The translations under genes and the position numbers were made by a program. The notes beneath the pieces were generated by a model that saw nothing but the letters and a program-made list of their open reading frames with translations, searched no databases and was not told the origin of the DNA. Below, piece by piece: positions 1-9,656 of a DNA stretch of 64,000 nt (within the stretch, counting starts at the first letter, position 1; each line of letters starts with the position of its first letter). Source of the DNA: an uncultured delta proteobacterium (GTDB lineage: Bacteria; Desulfobacterota; Syntrophobacteria; Syntrophobacterales; Syntrophobacteraceae); assembly GCA_963808625.1 (NCBI GenBank), contig CAWEHK010000008.1:1-64000 (forward strand). Direction: 5' to 3'.

Positions 1-285
1 CGAAATCAATCGCCTGGCAAGGGCAAAGGATGCGCAATTTCTGTTTTCCGATCCCTTTTCATGGTCGACGGAGGTAACCGATCCAAAAACTGGCTGGGCG
101 GCACTTCCGACGGCGCCTTTTCGGGACGGGGCAAGGAAAACATCATCACTCTTCTGGAGGGAAAGATGGGCGCCCTTGCCCCCCCATGGCAGGTCGAACG
201 TCACGGTCACATCTGGTGGAAGATTCGGACCCACAGCAACCATTTCGAATTGATCCGAAGCTGTTTCATCAAAGCGGTTCGATAA
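1..285 (+). CDS. 3' part of a gene truncated by the window edge; probable SAM-dependent methyltransferase-like protein (frameshift near 90)
   Basis: Frame 2 reads EINRLARAKDAQFLFSDPFSWS, then shifts into the NWLGG...WWKIRTHSNHFELIRS frame of ORF 61-285; product assigned from resemblance only. Confidence 0.45.
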   Translation, partial: RNQSPGKGKGCAISVFRSLFMVDGGNRSKNWLGGTSDGAFSGRGKENIITLLEGKMGALAPPWQVERHGHIWWKIRTHSNHFELIRSCFIKAVR

Positions 286-332
286 ACCCAGAGGAATTCG
301 ACGGACGAAGAAGTAAGTAAAGAGAGGTGCTC

Positions 333-2393
333 ATGACGATACGAGAAACCGTCTGCCGCCTTTGTTCCGCCTGCTGTCCGGTGTCCGTTGACATCCGGGA
401 CAATAAGCTTGTCAGGGCCGAACGGAAGTCATTTTTGCCGCCTGAAAAACGGCACCGGTGCCCCAAACTCGAAGCTGCGCCGGAAATCGTCTACTCCCCG
501 GAACGGGTGCTGAAGCCTCTGATCAAAATCAAAGGCGCCTCGGGCAATCGCTTTCGGGAAGCGTCATGGGATGAGGCGATAGACCTGGTGGCCGAGAAAT
601 TCGCCTATTTCAAGCAAACTCACGGCGCCGAATCGGTCTGCTGGCTGCGCGGCATGGCTGCCGATTGGGGGGCCCAGTGGGATTATGCCAACCGGCTCAT
701 GAACCTGTTCGGTTCGCCCAACACCATCGGCAACGGCTCCGTCTGCCATGTGGGACGGGACATGGCCCACGTCTACACTTACGGGGCCATGACCTTGCCG
801 CAGCCGAAAACCTCCCGATGCATCCTCATCTGGGGAAAGAACGACCGCAATACCGCGCCGGGCTTCAGCGAAGCCATTCTCTTTGCGAAACAGAGGGGCG
901 CCAAGCTCATCGTCATCGACCCGGTGAAGACCTACTTTGCCAAAATGGCCGATATATGGCTCCAAATCAAACCGGGTCACGACGGCCAGTTGGCCATGGC
1001 CATGCTGCATGAAATCATCGCCGGGGGTCTTTGCGACGACGCCTTCGTGAAAGAACACTGCATCGGCTTCGAGGCATTGAAATCAGCAGCGAGTGCTTAC
1101 CCGGCGGAAACGGTCGCGCCCCGCCTCTGGCTCGATCCGGACATGATCAGGCAGGCGGCGCGCCTGTACGCGACGACCAGGCCTGCCTGCATCATCGACG
1201 GAAACGGACTCGACATGCATTTTCAGGTCTTTGACACGACCCGCGCGGTGTGCATGCTTCGAGCCGTAACGGGAAATCTCGACAGGGACGGCGGCGATTT
1301 CATTCCCCAGCCCGTTCCGCTTCGCAACATACAACTCAAGGAGCGGCTGCCTGCGGGCGTCCCGCCCATCACGCAGGCTTATCCCCTGTTCAATACCTTT
1401 CACGAAACCTGGGGACTTCATGCGCAGTCCTGCCTGGTCGATGCGATCCTGGATGAAAAGCCCTACCCCATCCGGATGCTTGTGGTGCAGTCAGGCAATC
1501 CCCTTGTGACGATGACCGACGCCGGGCGGGTCCGGAAGGCCTTCGAAAAATTGGAATTTCTGGCAGTCATCGACCTCTTCCGAAACCGGACGGCCGAGTA
1601 CGCTGATGTGATCCTGCCGGCCTCCAGTTGTTTTGAAAAAACCCAACTCAACCGTTCATCCATGCGCAACAGCCCGGTCATCCTGCAGAACCAGGTCATC
1701 GAATGGCAGGGCGACAGCCGGCCGGACTGGAAAATCGTCTTCGATCTGGGAAGGAAGCTTGGTTTTCAAGAGGAATTTCCCTGGCAAACGGCCGAGGAGG
1801 CGATCGATGATCAGCTGGCGCCTTCGGGACTGACCGTCCGGATGCTGAGGGAAAATCCGGACGGGCTTCGCGCAGAACCCCTGAAATTTGAAAAATTCAG
1901 GAGCCAGGGCTTTTCCACCCCTTCCGGCAAGGTGGAACTCTTCTCGGAGCGTCTCGAGAAAGCGGGACATCCGCCCGTACCGTTCCAGGGCGGCAGCTTG
2001 GAGGGCGCCATCGGCTTCGCCGATACCGTCGCAGACGGGGCCCTGATCGGTATGAGCGGGGAGCGGACCAACCGGTTCACCCATACGCAGTTTCACAACA
2101 TCCCGTCGCTGTTGAAGCGCGAAGGGGAAGGCTATGCGGATCTGCACCCGGAAGACGCTCGCAAAAGAAACATCACAGACGGTCAGCCGATCGAGATTAC
2201 CACTCCCAGGGGCCGGGTGCGAATGAAAGCCAGAATCTCGGATGCCGTGCATCCAGGCTCGATCAGGCTGGGCTGGGGTTGGGGGGAGGTCGATCCGGAA
2301 TGCAACGTGAACAATCTGACCGACGACGACCGCCGTGACCCCGTTACCGGCACCCCATCCAATCGCAGCTTCATGTGCCGCATTGAAACGTGA
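333..2393 (+). CDS. Cytoplasmic molybdopterin (Mo/W-bisPGD) oxidoreductase, acetylene-hydratase-like clade
   Basis: N-terminal CxxCxxxC...CPK 4Fe-4S motif, SWDEAID, Cys ligand in GSVCH, AxYADVILP and C-terminal molydop-binding HPEDA motif; no Tat signal. Confidence 0.9.
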   Translation: MTIRETVCRLCSACCPVSVDIRDNKLVRAERKSFLPPEKRHRCPKLEAAPEIVYSPERVLKPLIKIKGASGNRFREASWDEAIDLVAEKFAYFKQTHGAESVCWLRGMAADWGAQWDYANRLMNLFGSPNTIGNGSVCHVGRDMAHVYTYGAMTLPQPKTSRCILIWGKNDRNTAPGFSEAILFAKQRGAKLIVIDPVKTYFAKMADIWLQIKPGHDGQLAMAMLHEIIAGGLCDDAFVKEHCIGFEALKSAASAYPAETVAPRLWLDPDMIRQAARLYATTRPACIIDGNGLDMHFQVFDTTRAVCMLRAVTGNLDRDGGDFIPQPVPLRNIQLKERLPAGVPPITQAYPLFNTFHETWGLHAQSCLVDAILDEKPYPIRMLVVQSGNPLVTMTDAGRVRKAFEKLEFLAVIDLFRNRTAEYADVILPASSCFEKTQLNRSSMRNSPVILQNQVIEWQGDSRPDWKIVFDLGRKLGFQEEFPWQTAEEAIDDQLAPSGLTVRMLRENPDGLRAEPLKFEKFRSQGFSTPSGKVELFSERLEKAGHPPVPFQGGSLEGAIGFADTVADGALIGMSGERTNRFTHTQFHNIPSLLKREGEGYADLHPEDARKRNITDGQPIEITTPRGRVRMKARISDAVHPGSIRLGWGWGEVDPECNVNNLTDDDRRDPVTGTPSNRSFMCRIET

Positions 2394-2659
2394 TTTTTGT
2401 ACTCTTCCCTGGTCCTCCGCTCCCGCAGCGGGCAGAAGGGTGACAGGTATATCATGACCATTTTCATGCATGCATCGCACCGGGGAAAGCACTCAGCGCT
2501 ATCCCAATCAGCACCTCCTTTTTGCTCAACAGCCCGGAAACCAGCACCGGGGAACCACTCGAAGAAATGTTGTGGGTTGTGTTCAGAGGGGGTAATGAGC
2601 TGTTATCTGGTGAGGGCTGTTCAGCAACATGCCCAGCGAGTCAACGATTTTGGCAAACC

Positions 2660-2825
2660 GGCCATCGGCCTCGAGAAGGAATCCATCCTCTTTTACCTCG
2701 GCCTCAAAGACATGGTACCGCCAAAATACGGACAGGAAAAACTGGATCAAATCATTCACGAAGAGCAACGGCACGTCACCCAGCTCAGTGCCTTTCGCAA
2801 AAAATTTCAAGGAAAAGGCGCATAG
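2660..2825 (+). pseudogene. C-terminal relic of a rubrerythrin/ferritin-like protein
   Basis: AIGLEKESILFY...IIHEEQRH di-iron helix pair; no matching N-terminal half upstream. Confidence 0.7.
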
Positions 2826-3034
2826 GCCATTGATGAATTCGCCGTCGAGCTGCTCCTCGGGCCGGCGAATGGGGGAGAGTGGCGACCAGGCTGCCGTCCG
2901 TCCGGTGATCGGGTCCGACCATAGGCCGTTGGCCTCCCCCCGGGTCGGTGAGCGAACCCGTAAGCCGGCGGCTGCTGGATGTGAGTGAAGCAATTCCAGC
3001 AGATCTGGAGTTTAGCATGAAGGGAGAACGCTCC

Positions 3035-4069
3035 ATGGAAAGTCAACAAGCCCCCGAGCAAGCATCCCGGTCACGCGGGGCCCTGTATGGCCTATACATT
3101 GCTGACGCGCTGGCGATGCCGGTTCACTGGTATTATGATCGGCAGGCGCTCTTTCGCGATTACGGCTGGGTCGCCGATTATCTTGCTCCCAAGAATCCCC
3201 ATCCTGACAGTATCCTGTGGCGTTCGTCGCACACAGCCCCCAATAAGAAGGGGGAGATTCTCCATGATCAGGATCGCTACTGGGGCAAAAGGGGGGTCCA
3301 CTACCATCAGTTCCTTCAGCCTGGGGAAAACACCCTCAACGTGCAGCTGTGCACGCTGCTCATCAAATCCCTCAACGAAAATGGACTTTACGATCCCGCT
3401 GACTACCTTCAGCGCTACATCCGCTTCATGACATTTCCCGGCATGCATCGTGATACCTACATCGAGGAATGTCACCGGTATTTCTTCTCCCGTTATGCCC
3501 TGGGCTTTACTCCAGAGCACTGCGGAGCCCTCGAGAAACACATTGGTGGGCTGCCGGGGATCGTTCCCCTGGTGGTCTACTATCAGGAAGATCCCGGGAC
3601 TGCTTATGAGGCAGCCATGACCCACCTTACCCTAACCCACAAGGGTCCTCAAATGGAGGACGCAGGCTCATTGATCATCCACCTTCTCCTGCGTGTACTG
3701 AAAGGTGGGTCCCTGAAACAGGCTATTTTCGATACCATCCAGAAGCAGATGAGCCCGCTCCTGGGTCACCCATTCCATGCATGGCTCAGCAAATCCGACG
3801 AGTCCGTCGTCGGCGGACATCTCAGCACCGCATGTTATGTGGAGGATTCAGTCCCGGCTGTAATCTATCTTGCTCTCAAGTACGCCGACCAGCCTGAGAA
3901 AGGGCTCATCGTCAATACCAATCTGGGGGGAGACAATGCATACCGAGGGGCCGTGCTCGGGGCGCTGCTTGGTGCGGCAAACGGACTTGAAGCGCTTCCG
4001 GAGCGCTGGATCCGGGGATTAATGAAACCGCCACCAGATTTGGATTTGGGCGGCCCAATCGCTGCGTGA
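3035..4069 (+). CDS. ADP-ribosylglycohydrolase (DraG/ARH family)
   Basis: GALYGLYIADALAMP, LTLTH and NLGGDNAYRGAVLGALLGA motifs. Confidence 0.9.
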   Translation: MESQQAPEQASRSRGALYGLYIADALAMPVHWYYDRQALFRDYGWVADYLAPKNPHPDSILWRSSHTAPNKKGEILHDQDRYWGKRGVHYHQFLQPGENTLNVQLCTLLIKSLNENGLYDPADYLQRYIRFMTFPGMHRDTYIEECHRYFFSRYALGFTPEHCGALEKHIGGLPGIVPLVVYYQEDPGTAYEAAMTHLTLTHKGPQMEDAGSLIIHLLLRVLKGGSLKQAIFDTIQKQMSPLLGHPFHAWLSKSDESVVGGHLSTACYVEDSVPAVIYLALKYADQPEKGLIVNTNLGGDNAYRGAVLGALLGAANGLEALPERWIRGLMKPPPDLDLGGPIAA

Positions 4070-4305
4070 ACACGTTTCCCATCAGCAATGCCCGGAGTGT
4101 TTCCGACTGTTCGTCAGGAGGATCGGTATCGTATCGGAGCCGTTTCATCCTGAGCCTTCAAGCTTGCGGGTGGTCTGACGCCACCCTCCCTTTGAGGCCG
4201 ACAGTAAGTCTCTTCTGACGGGCGGTAATGGCGGCCCGCAATCCTGAGGCATCGGCCCGGATTATCAGGGCCTCGAGCGAGTCTTTGAACCGAAATGACG
4301 ACTTC

Positions 4306-4543
4306 TCAGGGGAGCGAAAGCACCCATCGGACCGCCCGGGCCAAAAGCGCGGCGGCCGATAGCCCGCTGCACCAGGCCCGCCAAACCAAAGCCATTGCCG
4401 TTGCTCCTCACTAATAGCCCTCACAGGAGGCTTTCCCTCTGAACAAATAGCAGCAAAATGCCGCATAGGTGAGCACGATGGGCAGCATCACGACTGCGGC
4501 CATGAGCAGCAGCGATTGGGAGGGAGGTGTCGCCGCGGGCTGA
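4306..4543 (-). pseudogene. cydB: Relic of the cytochrome bd oxidase subunit II C-terminus followed by a DUF2474/CydX-like small membrane ORF
   Basis: Manual translation gives AATPPSQSLLLMAAVVMLPIVLTYAAFCCYLFRGKASCEGY*, then RQWLWF..WCSGLSAAALLARAVRWVLSLP*; the rest of cydAB is absent. Confidence 0.65.
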
Positions 4544-4568
4544 GCGCGTTTGGTTTATGCACGCCGGC

Positions 4569-4604
4569 AAAAAGAAAGGCAGAGTCATTGCTGACCCTGC
4601 CTTT
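4569..4604 (-). terminator. Probable intrinsic terminator
   Basis: Minus-strand hairpin AAAGGCAGGGTCA-GCAA-TGACTCTGCCTTT followed by CTTTTT. Confidence 0.6.
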
Positions 4605-4910
4605 GGTCTGGAATTGCGGGGGATAAGGGCTATGGCTCAGGGCTGACGCAATATCAAGCCACAGTATTCAACTCACAGATAAAAAAAATTAGTTAATGAT
4701 CACATATGGTTAAAATGCTATCGCAGGAGCCGCTCAAGAGGAACCTCAAATTTTCACGAGTGGCTTTGACAATAGTGTCAAGCAGTGCTTGCGAGGGTTC
4801 AACGGCCTCAGAGCTTTCTTCCATAAATCCGGTTACCTGAACCTCCAGGAGGAGTTTACAATATTCTCATCGAACGATCACACACTCAGCAGACTGCCTC
4901 CTGGGAGCAC

Positions 4911-5977
4911 TCAATCCCACTCCGTCAACCGGCTGCCCCGTTCGTGATCGCATGGGTCTCTTCCTCCTTCGAAGGCATTCCCGGACAGCGGCAGGCGACC
5001 CGGTTTTGGCCGTTCAATCTTCTTCTTCCCCGAGCTCAGAAGATCATCAAAGTAGTCGACGGTCTTGCGCAAACCCTCATCCAGCGGCACGTTGGGTTCC
5101 CATTTCAGGACTTCCTTGGCCAGACTGATATCCGGCTTGCGCATGATGGGATCGTCTGAAGGCAGCGGCATATAGATAATTTCCGAGCGCGAACCGGTCA
5201 TGCTCAAGACTTTTTCGGCCAGCTCCATGATGGTGAATTCGCCGGGATTTCCAAGGTTCACCGGTCCGGTGAAAGGGTCTTCCGTCTGCATGAGCCGCAG
5301 GAACCCTTCCACCAGGTCATCCACATAGCAGAAGGAACGCGTTTGACTGCCATCCCCATAGATCGTAATGGGCTGACCCGTCAGGGCCTGCACGATAAAA
5401 TTGGAGACGACGCGCCCATCATTGGGGTGCATCCTGGGACCATAGGTATTGAAGATGCGGGCTACCTTGATCTTGAGTCCATGCTGGCGGTGATAATCGA
5501 AGAACAGGGTCTCCGCACACCGCTTGCCTTCATCGTAGCACGATCGGCGGCCAATGGGATTCACGTGCCCCCAGTAGGATTCCGTCTGGGGGTGGACCTT
5601 CGGGTCACCGTAGACTTCCGATGTCGAAGCCTGCATGATCTTGGCCTTCAGCCGCTTGGCCAGTCCCAAGCATATTGATCGGTGCCGTGGACGTTTACTT
5701 TGGTCGTCTGAACCGGGTCATTCTGGTAATGAACGGGTGAGGCAGGACAGGCCAGGTTGTAGATTTCGTCAACTTCGACGTACAGCGGGTAAGTGATATC
5801 ATGACGGTGAAGCTCGAAATAGGGATTGTCCAGCAGGTGAATGATGTTGCTCTTGCTTCCCGTATAGAGATTGTCGATGCACAGCACATCATGGCCCTCT
5901 TTGAGGAGCCTTTCGCAAAGGTGGGAACCCAGAAACCCGGCCCCACCCGTTACGGTGCAACGTTTACGAAGATGCAT
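4911..5977 (-). CDS. uxs: UDP-glucuronate decarboxylase / UDP-xylose synthase (frameshifted near 5670)
   Basis: [37 protein letters not shown] and [10 protein letters not shown] motifs across two ORFs. Confidence 0.92.
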
Positions 5978-6107
5978 GAAAACTCCTTTCGCTTTCGACT
6001 TTAATGGTCACGTTCCCTGCTCAACCGGCTGCCCGGTAAGGAAAAAAAGCTCAAAGACGAGCGAGTTTAATCTATTTCATTCCCTATTCTTTGACAATCC
6101 CTATCTA

Positions 6108-6237
6108 GTTTCCATCCGGAAACACGTGTGACTGCAGGGGAGGGGTTTATCCCCTCCCGAAAATCCACAGCTTTTCGCCAGCTTGTCGGCGGGAATAAAT
6201 CCCGCCCTTACGAATTATGGGGTTTCCGGAAGGACAC
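6108..6237. mobile_element. MITE carrying a GTAG-type REP doublet
   Basis: 16-bp TIR GTTTCCATCCGGAAAC / GTTTCCGGAAGGACAC (14/16), direct repeat TATCTA at 6102-6107 and 6238-6243, two internal palindromes. Confidence 0.7.
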
Positions 6238-6591
6238 TATCTACAATAGCAAGTACTCGCGGCTGATCAAAGAGGGAGCCGGTATCCTTCGCACCTCGCA
6301 GGGGACATGGATCGATTCCCTCCGACGCTGATTTTAATTGATTCCCTTATCTCAATAAGCTAGATATCCGCACGGTTGATTCTGGAGGGGTGAGGCTCGG
6401 AATACCGGTATCGTCATCGCGTCTCCCCTCCCACAGGAATCATGCTCTCGGGAGCGGCGCGCCGTCCCGGGGGCGGCATTGGCGACCGTGCAGAGCGGCG
6501 ATCTTCCCGGTCTCCGTTTTTGTGCCCGCAACTGACCACCGGCAACCGACCACCGGTCACTGTCCACTGATGAAGCAATGGCAAGATTAGG

Positions 6592-8349
6592 ATGATGAGA
6601 CACAAGGTTCTTCAATATCTCAGGCCCTATCGGTTCTCCTTTTTGATCGCCCTGGGACAGGTATTTCTCATCAGTGGCTGCGAGCTTTTGAAACCATGGC
6701 CCCTCAAGATCATCATCGATAATGTACTCGGCGGCAAGCCCCTGCCATGGAAGACCGCGGAAGATTTTCCCATCCAGACCATCCTGCTCTTCGCATGCCT
6801 CGGAATGGTCGTAATTTACCTCCTCCTTGGAGGACTGACGCTCCTCAACAACTATACCACCATCAAGATCGGTCAGATGATGGTGAATGATATGCGGCGA
6901 GACATCTACAGTCACCTGCAGCGGCTGTCCCTGGCCTTTCACAGCCGGCGGCAGGTTGGTGATCTGCTTTATCGCGTCACCGCCGATACTTATGCCATCC
7001 AGAGCCTCACCATGAACGGCGTCTTTCCCATCGCTACCGCGGTGGTGCTGCTGAGCGGAATGTTTTTCGTCATGCTGCGGCTTGACTGGCAGCTCACCCT
7101 GCTGGCCCTGGCGGTGTGCCCCTTCCTGTTCCTTTCGATTTCTCTGATGAGCAGGAAGATTACGCTGGCTGCGACGCTTGCTCGGCAGCAGGAGAGTGAA
7201 GTCTATTCGGTGGTGCAACGAGCGATGTCGGCCATGCGCATCATTCAGGCGTTCACCAAGGAAGAGGAGGAGCACCGGAAATTCATGGAAGCCAGTGGTG
7301 AGAGCCTTGGCGCCAGTCTGCGGCTGTACACCCTGCAGACTTTCTATTCCGGTGTGATCAACACGGTAATGGCCCTGGGAACTGCGCTTGTCGTGTGGGT
7401 CGGGGCCCAGCATGTCCTGTCGGGCGTTTTGACCGTTGGTGAAATCATCGTCTTCACTACCTATCTCGCCTCTCTGTATGGTCCGATCAATACCATCAGC
7501 CAAACCTGGGGATTGATTCAGGGAGCGAAGGTCGGTGTGCAGCGGGTTTTTGAAATCCTCGATGTCGAACGGGATATCAAGGAAGGCACTCGTGCGTTTC
7601 CAGCGGCCGGCGCCAAGGGCGAGATCGTCTGGGAAGGAGTATCATTCCATTACGTCCCGAGCCAACCGGTGCTCAAGAAGATCGACCTCCATGTGCGCCG
7701 TGGTCAAAAAGTGGCCATCGTTGGCCCCACCGGCGTGGGCAAATCCACCCTGCTCGGCCTCCTGCCCCGTTTTTACGACCCTCAGGCGGGACGCATCCTC
7801 ATCGACGGGGTCGACGTCCGGGAATTTCAGCTCAAGTCCCTGCGCCTTCAGGTTGCCATGGTGCTCCAACCACCCCTGGTCTTCCCGATCAGTGTCCGGG
7901 ACAACATTGCCTACGGCCGCCCCGAAGCCACTCTCGAGGAGGTCATTGAGGCTGCCCGCCTGGCGCGCATCCACGATTCGATCATGCGTCTTCCCAATGA
8001 CTACGATACCGTCGTCGGCGAACAGGGCGCCACCTTGTCCGAGGGCGAAAGGCAGCGCATTACGATTGCGCGAGCGATCCTTCGTAATGCTCCGATTTTG
8101 ATTCTGGACGAACCGACTTCCTCGGTGGACGCAGAAACCGAGTCCCTGATCATGGAAGGCCTGAATCGTCTCACTGCCGATCGGACCACATTCATCATCG
8201 CTCACCGGCTTTCGACCGTACGGCAGGCTGACTCGATCCTGGTGCTGCGCTCGGGTGAAATTGTCGAGCGCGGGACCTTCGAGCAATTGATCCGGCAGGA
8301 CGGCCCCTTTGCCGCACTCTACCGCTCGCAGTTCAGCACCCAGGAGTAG
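6592..8349 (+). CDS. ABC exporter, fused permease/ATPase (MsbA/NdvA-like)
   Basis: N-terminal TM domain, Walker A GPTGVGKS, signature LSEGE, Walker B ILILDE, IAHRLST. Confidence 0.93.
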   Translation: MMRHKVLQYLRPYRFSFLIALGQVFLISGCELLKPWPLKIIIDNVLGGKPLPWKTAEDFPIQTILLFACLGMVVIYLLLGGLTLLNNYTTIKIGQMMVNDMRRDIYSHLQRLSLAFHSRRQVGDLLYRVTADTYAIQSLTMNGVFPIATAVVLLSGMFFVMLRLDWQLTLLALAVCPFLFLSISLMSRKITLAATLARQQESEVYSVVQRAMSAMRIIQAFTKEEEEHRKFMEASGESLGASLRLYTLQTFYSGVINTVMALGTALVVWVGAQHVLSGVLTVGEIIVFTTYLASLYGPINTISQTWGLIQGAKVGVQRVFEILDVERDIKEGTRAFPAAGAKGEIVWEGVSFHYVPSQPVLKKIDLHVRRGQKVAIVGPTGVGKSTLLGLLPRFYDPQAGRILIDGVDVREFQLKSLRLQVAMVLQPPLVFPISVRDNIAYGRPEATLEEVIEAARLARIHDSIMRLPNDYDTVVGEQGATLSEGERQRITIARAILRNAPILILDEPTSSVDAETESLIMEGLNRLTADRTTFIIAHRLSTVRQADSILVLRSGEIVERGTFEQLIRQDGPFAALYRSQFSTQE

Positions 8350-8494
8350 GCTCGCCGGCTGGCGCTCTTTTGCCATGCTTCCGTCTTTTTCAGGGCATAA
8401 GATTTGTCCTATGTTTGGGTCTGATGACATGGTAGTATAAAAATCTCATGACTTTGGGGGTGAGATTCCTTTCCTGGCAGGAGGATGTGTAAAA

Positions 8495-9631
8495 ATGTGG
8501 CCTCGGCTGCTTACGATATCCCTGGTGTTCGTTTTGGTGATGCCGGTAAGTTCAACGTTTCATTCTCATGAAGAAATTTTCGCTCAGGAAGGGGTGGAAG
8601 ACCCATACCTCATGGATGATGCGGTCGAGAGCGGAAGCGACGACCTCCTGGAAATTCTCTCGGGCCTCATTCGCCCCCTGGCGAGCACGGTTTCCACCTA
8701 TGTCTCCCCATTTGACGACGAACTTTACGTAACCAAGGGCCTTCGCGTCATCATTTTCTCTCCCCACCCTGATGACGAATCGCTCGCCGCTGCCGGACTG
8801 ATGCATCGTGTCGTGAGTAATGGCGGTGAAGTGCGCGTGGTTTTCGTGACCAATGGGGATGGCTACCCCGAGGCGGTGAGACGGCAGCTTGGCCACCCGC
8901 CGCGATCTTCTCACGACTTCATCGACTACGGCAGGCACCGATATCAGGAAGCACTGCAAGCCCTGTGTGAGGTGGGAGTGCCGCCCGATGATGCGATCTC
9001 CCTGGGATTTCCTGACGATGGCATCGATGACCTGCTGAAAGAACACTATTCGCCACAGAGGCCATACACTTCGCCCCATACGCGTTTCAGTCGCGTGGGA
9101 TATAAGGAAAGCTTCAAGCGTTGGGTGGCCTATGCCGGGGTTAACCTCAAGGATGAGATGGCGAAGATTCTGCTCGACTTCTCTCCCGATTGGATTGTGC
9201 TGCCCGACCCCAGGGACTATCACCCCGACCATTGTGCAACCGGTTTGTTCGTCCTGGAAGCCCTGCGGAAACTGAGCCAGGAAGGTGATATTTCCTTCAA
9301 TAGTACACAGATTCTGACCTATCTCGTCCACTTCAAGGATTATCCAACGTCACCCGAGTGGACGAAAGAAGCTCGACAATCAGGACTTTTCATGTCCCCA
9401 ACCGGATGCGGCATTCTTTCATCCACAGAATGGCTCCGATTGCCGCTTAGCGATGAAGACCTGGAGGCAAAGGAACGCGCCCTCCTGGCTCATCAGTCGC
9501 AACAGCAAATGCTTGGGGGTTTCTTCAAAGATTTTCTAACTCCTCAGGAAACCTTCGGGGTATTGGACCCGGCGCAAGTGCTGGCCATCCCTCAGGAATA
9601 TGCGCTGTTCTTCAAACAACCCAACAGCTAG
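8495..9631 (+). CDS. Exported PIG-L/LmbE family de-N-acetylase
   Basis: Signal peptide; SPHPDDE, VTNGD, HPDH and AHQSQ motifs; GGAGG RBS. Confidence 0.88.
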   Translation: MWPRLLTISLVFVLVMPVSSTFHSHEEIFAQEGVEDPYLMDDAVESGSDDLLEILSGLIRPLASTVSTYVSPFDDELYVTKGLRVIIFSPHPDDESLAAAGLMHRVVSNGGEVRVVFVTNGDGYPEAVRRQLGHPPRSSHDFIDYGRHRYQEALQALCEVGVPPDDAISLGFPDDGIDDLLKEHYSPQRPYTSPHTRFSRVGYKESFKRWVAYAGVNLKDEMAKILLDFSPDWIVLPDPRDYHPDHCATGLFVLEALRKLSQEGDISFNSTQILTYLVHFKDYPTSPEWTKEARQSGLFMSPTGCGILSSTEWLRLPLSDEDLEAKERALLAHQSQQQMLGGFFKDFLTPQETFGVLDPAQVLAIPQEYALFFKQPNS

Positions 9632-9656
9632 CCCCGCCTACCGGAAAAATTCGTTG

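Noticed and set aside
333..2393. True acetylene hydratase or formate dehydrogenase
   Set aside because: The residue after the second Cys is Ser rather than the catalytic Asp of acetylene hydratase, and no FDH partner subunits are present; only a family-level call is supported
4070..4910. Riboswitch or ncRNA in the long intergenic gap
   Set aside because: Partly explained by the cydB relic and a terminator; no recognisable RNA family motif
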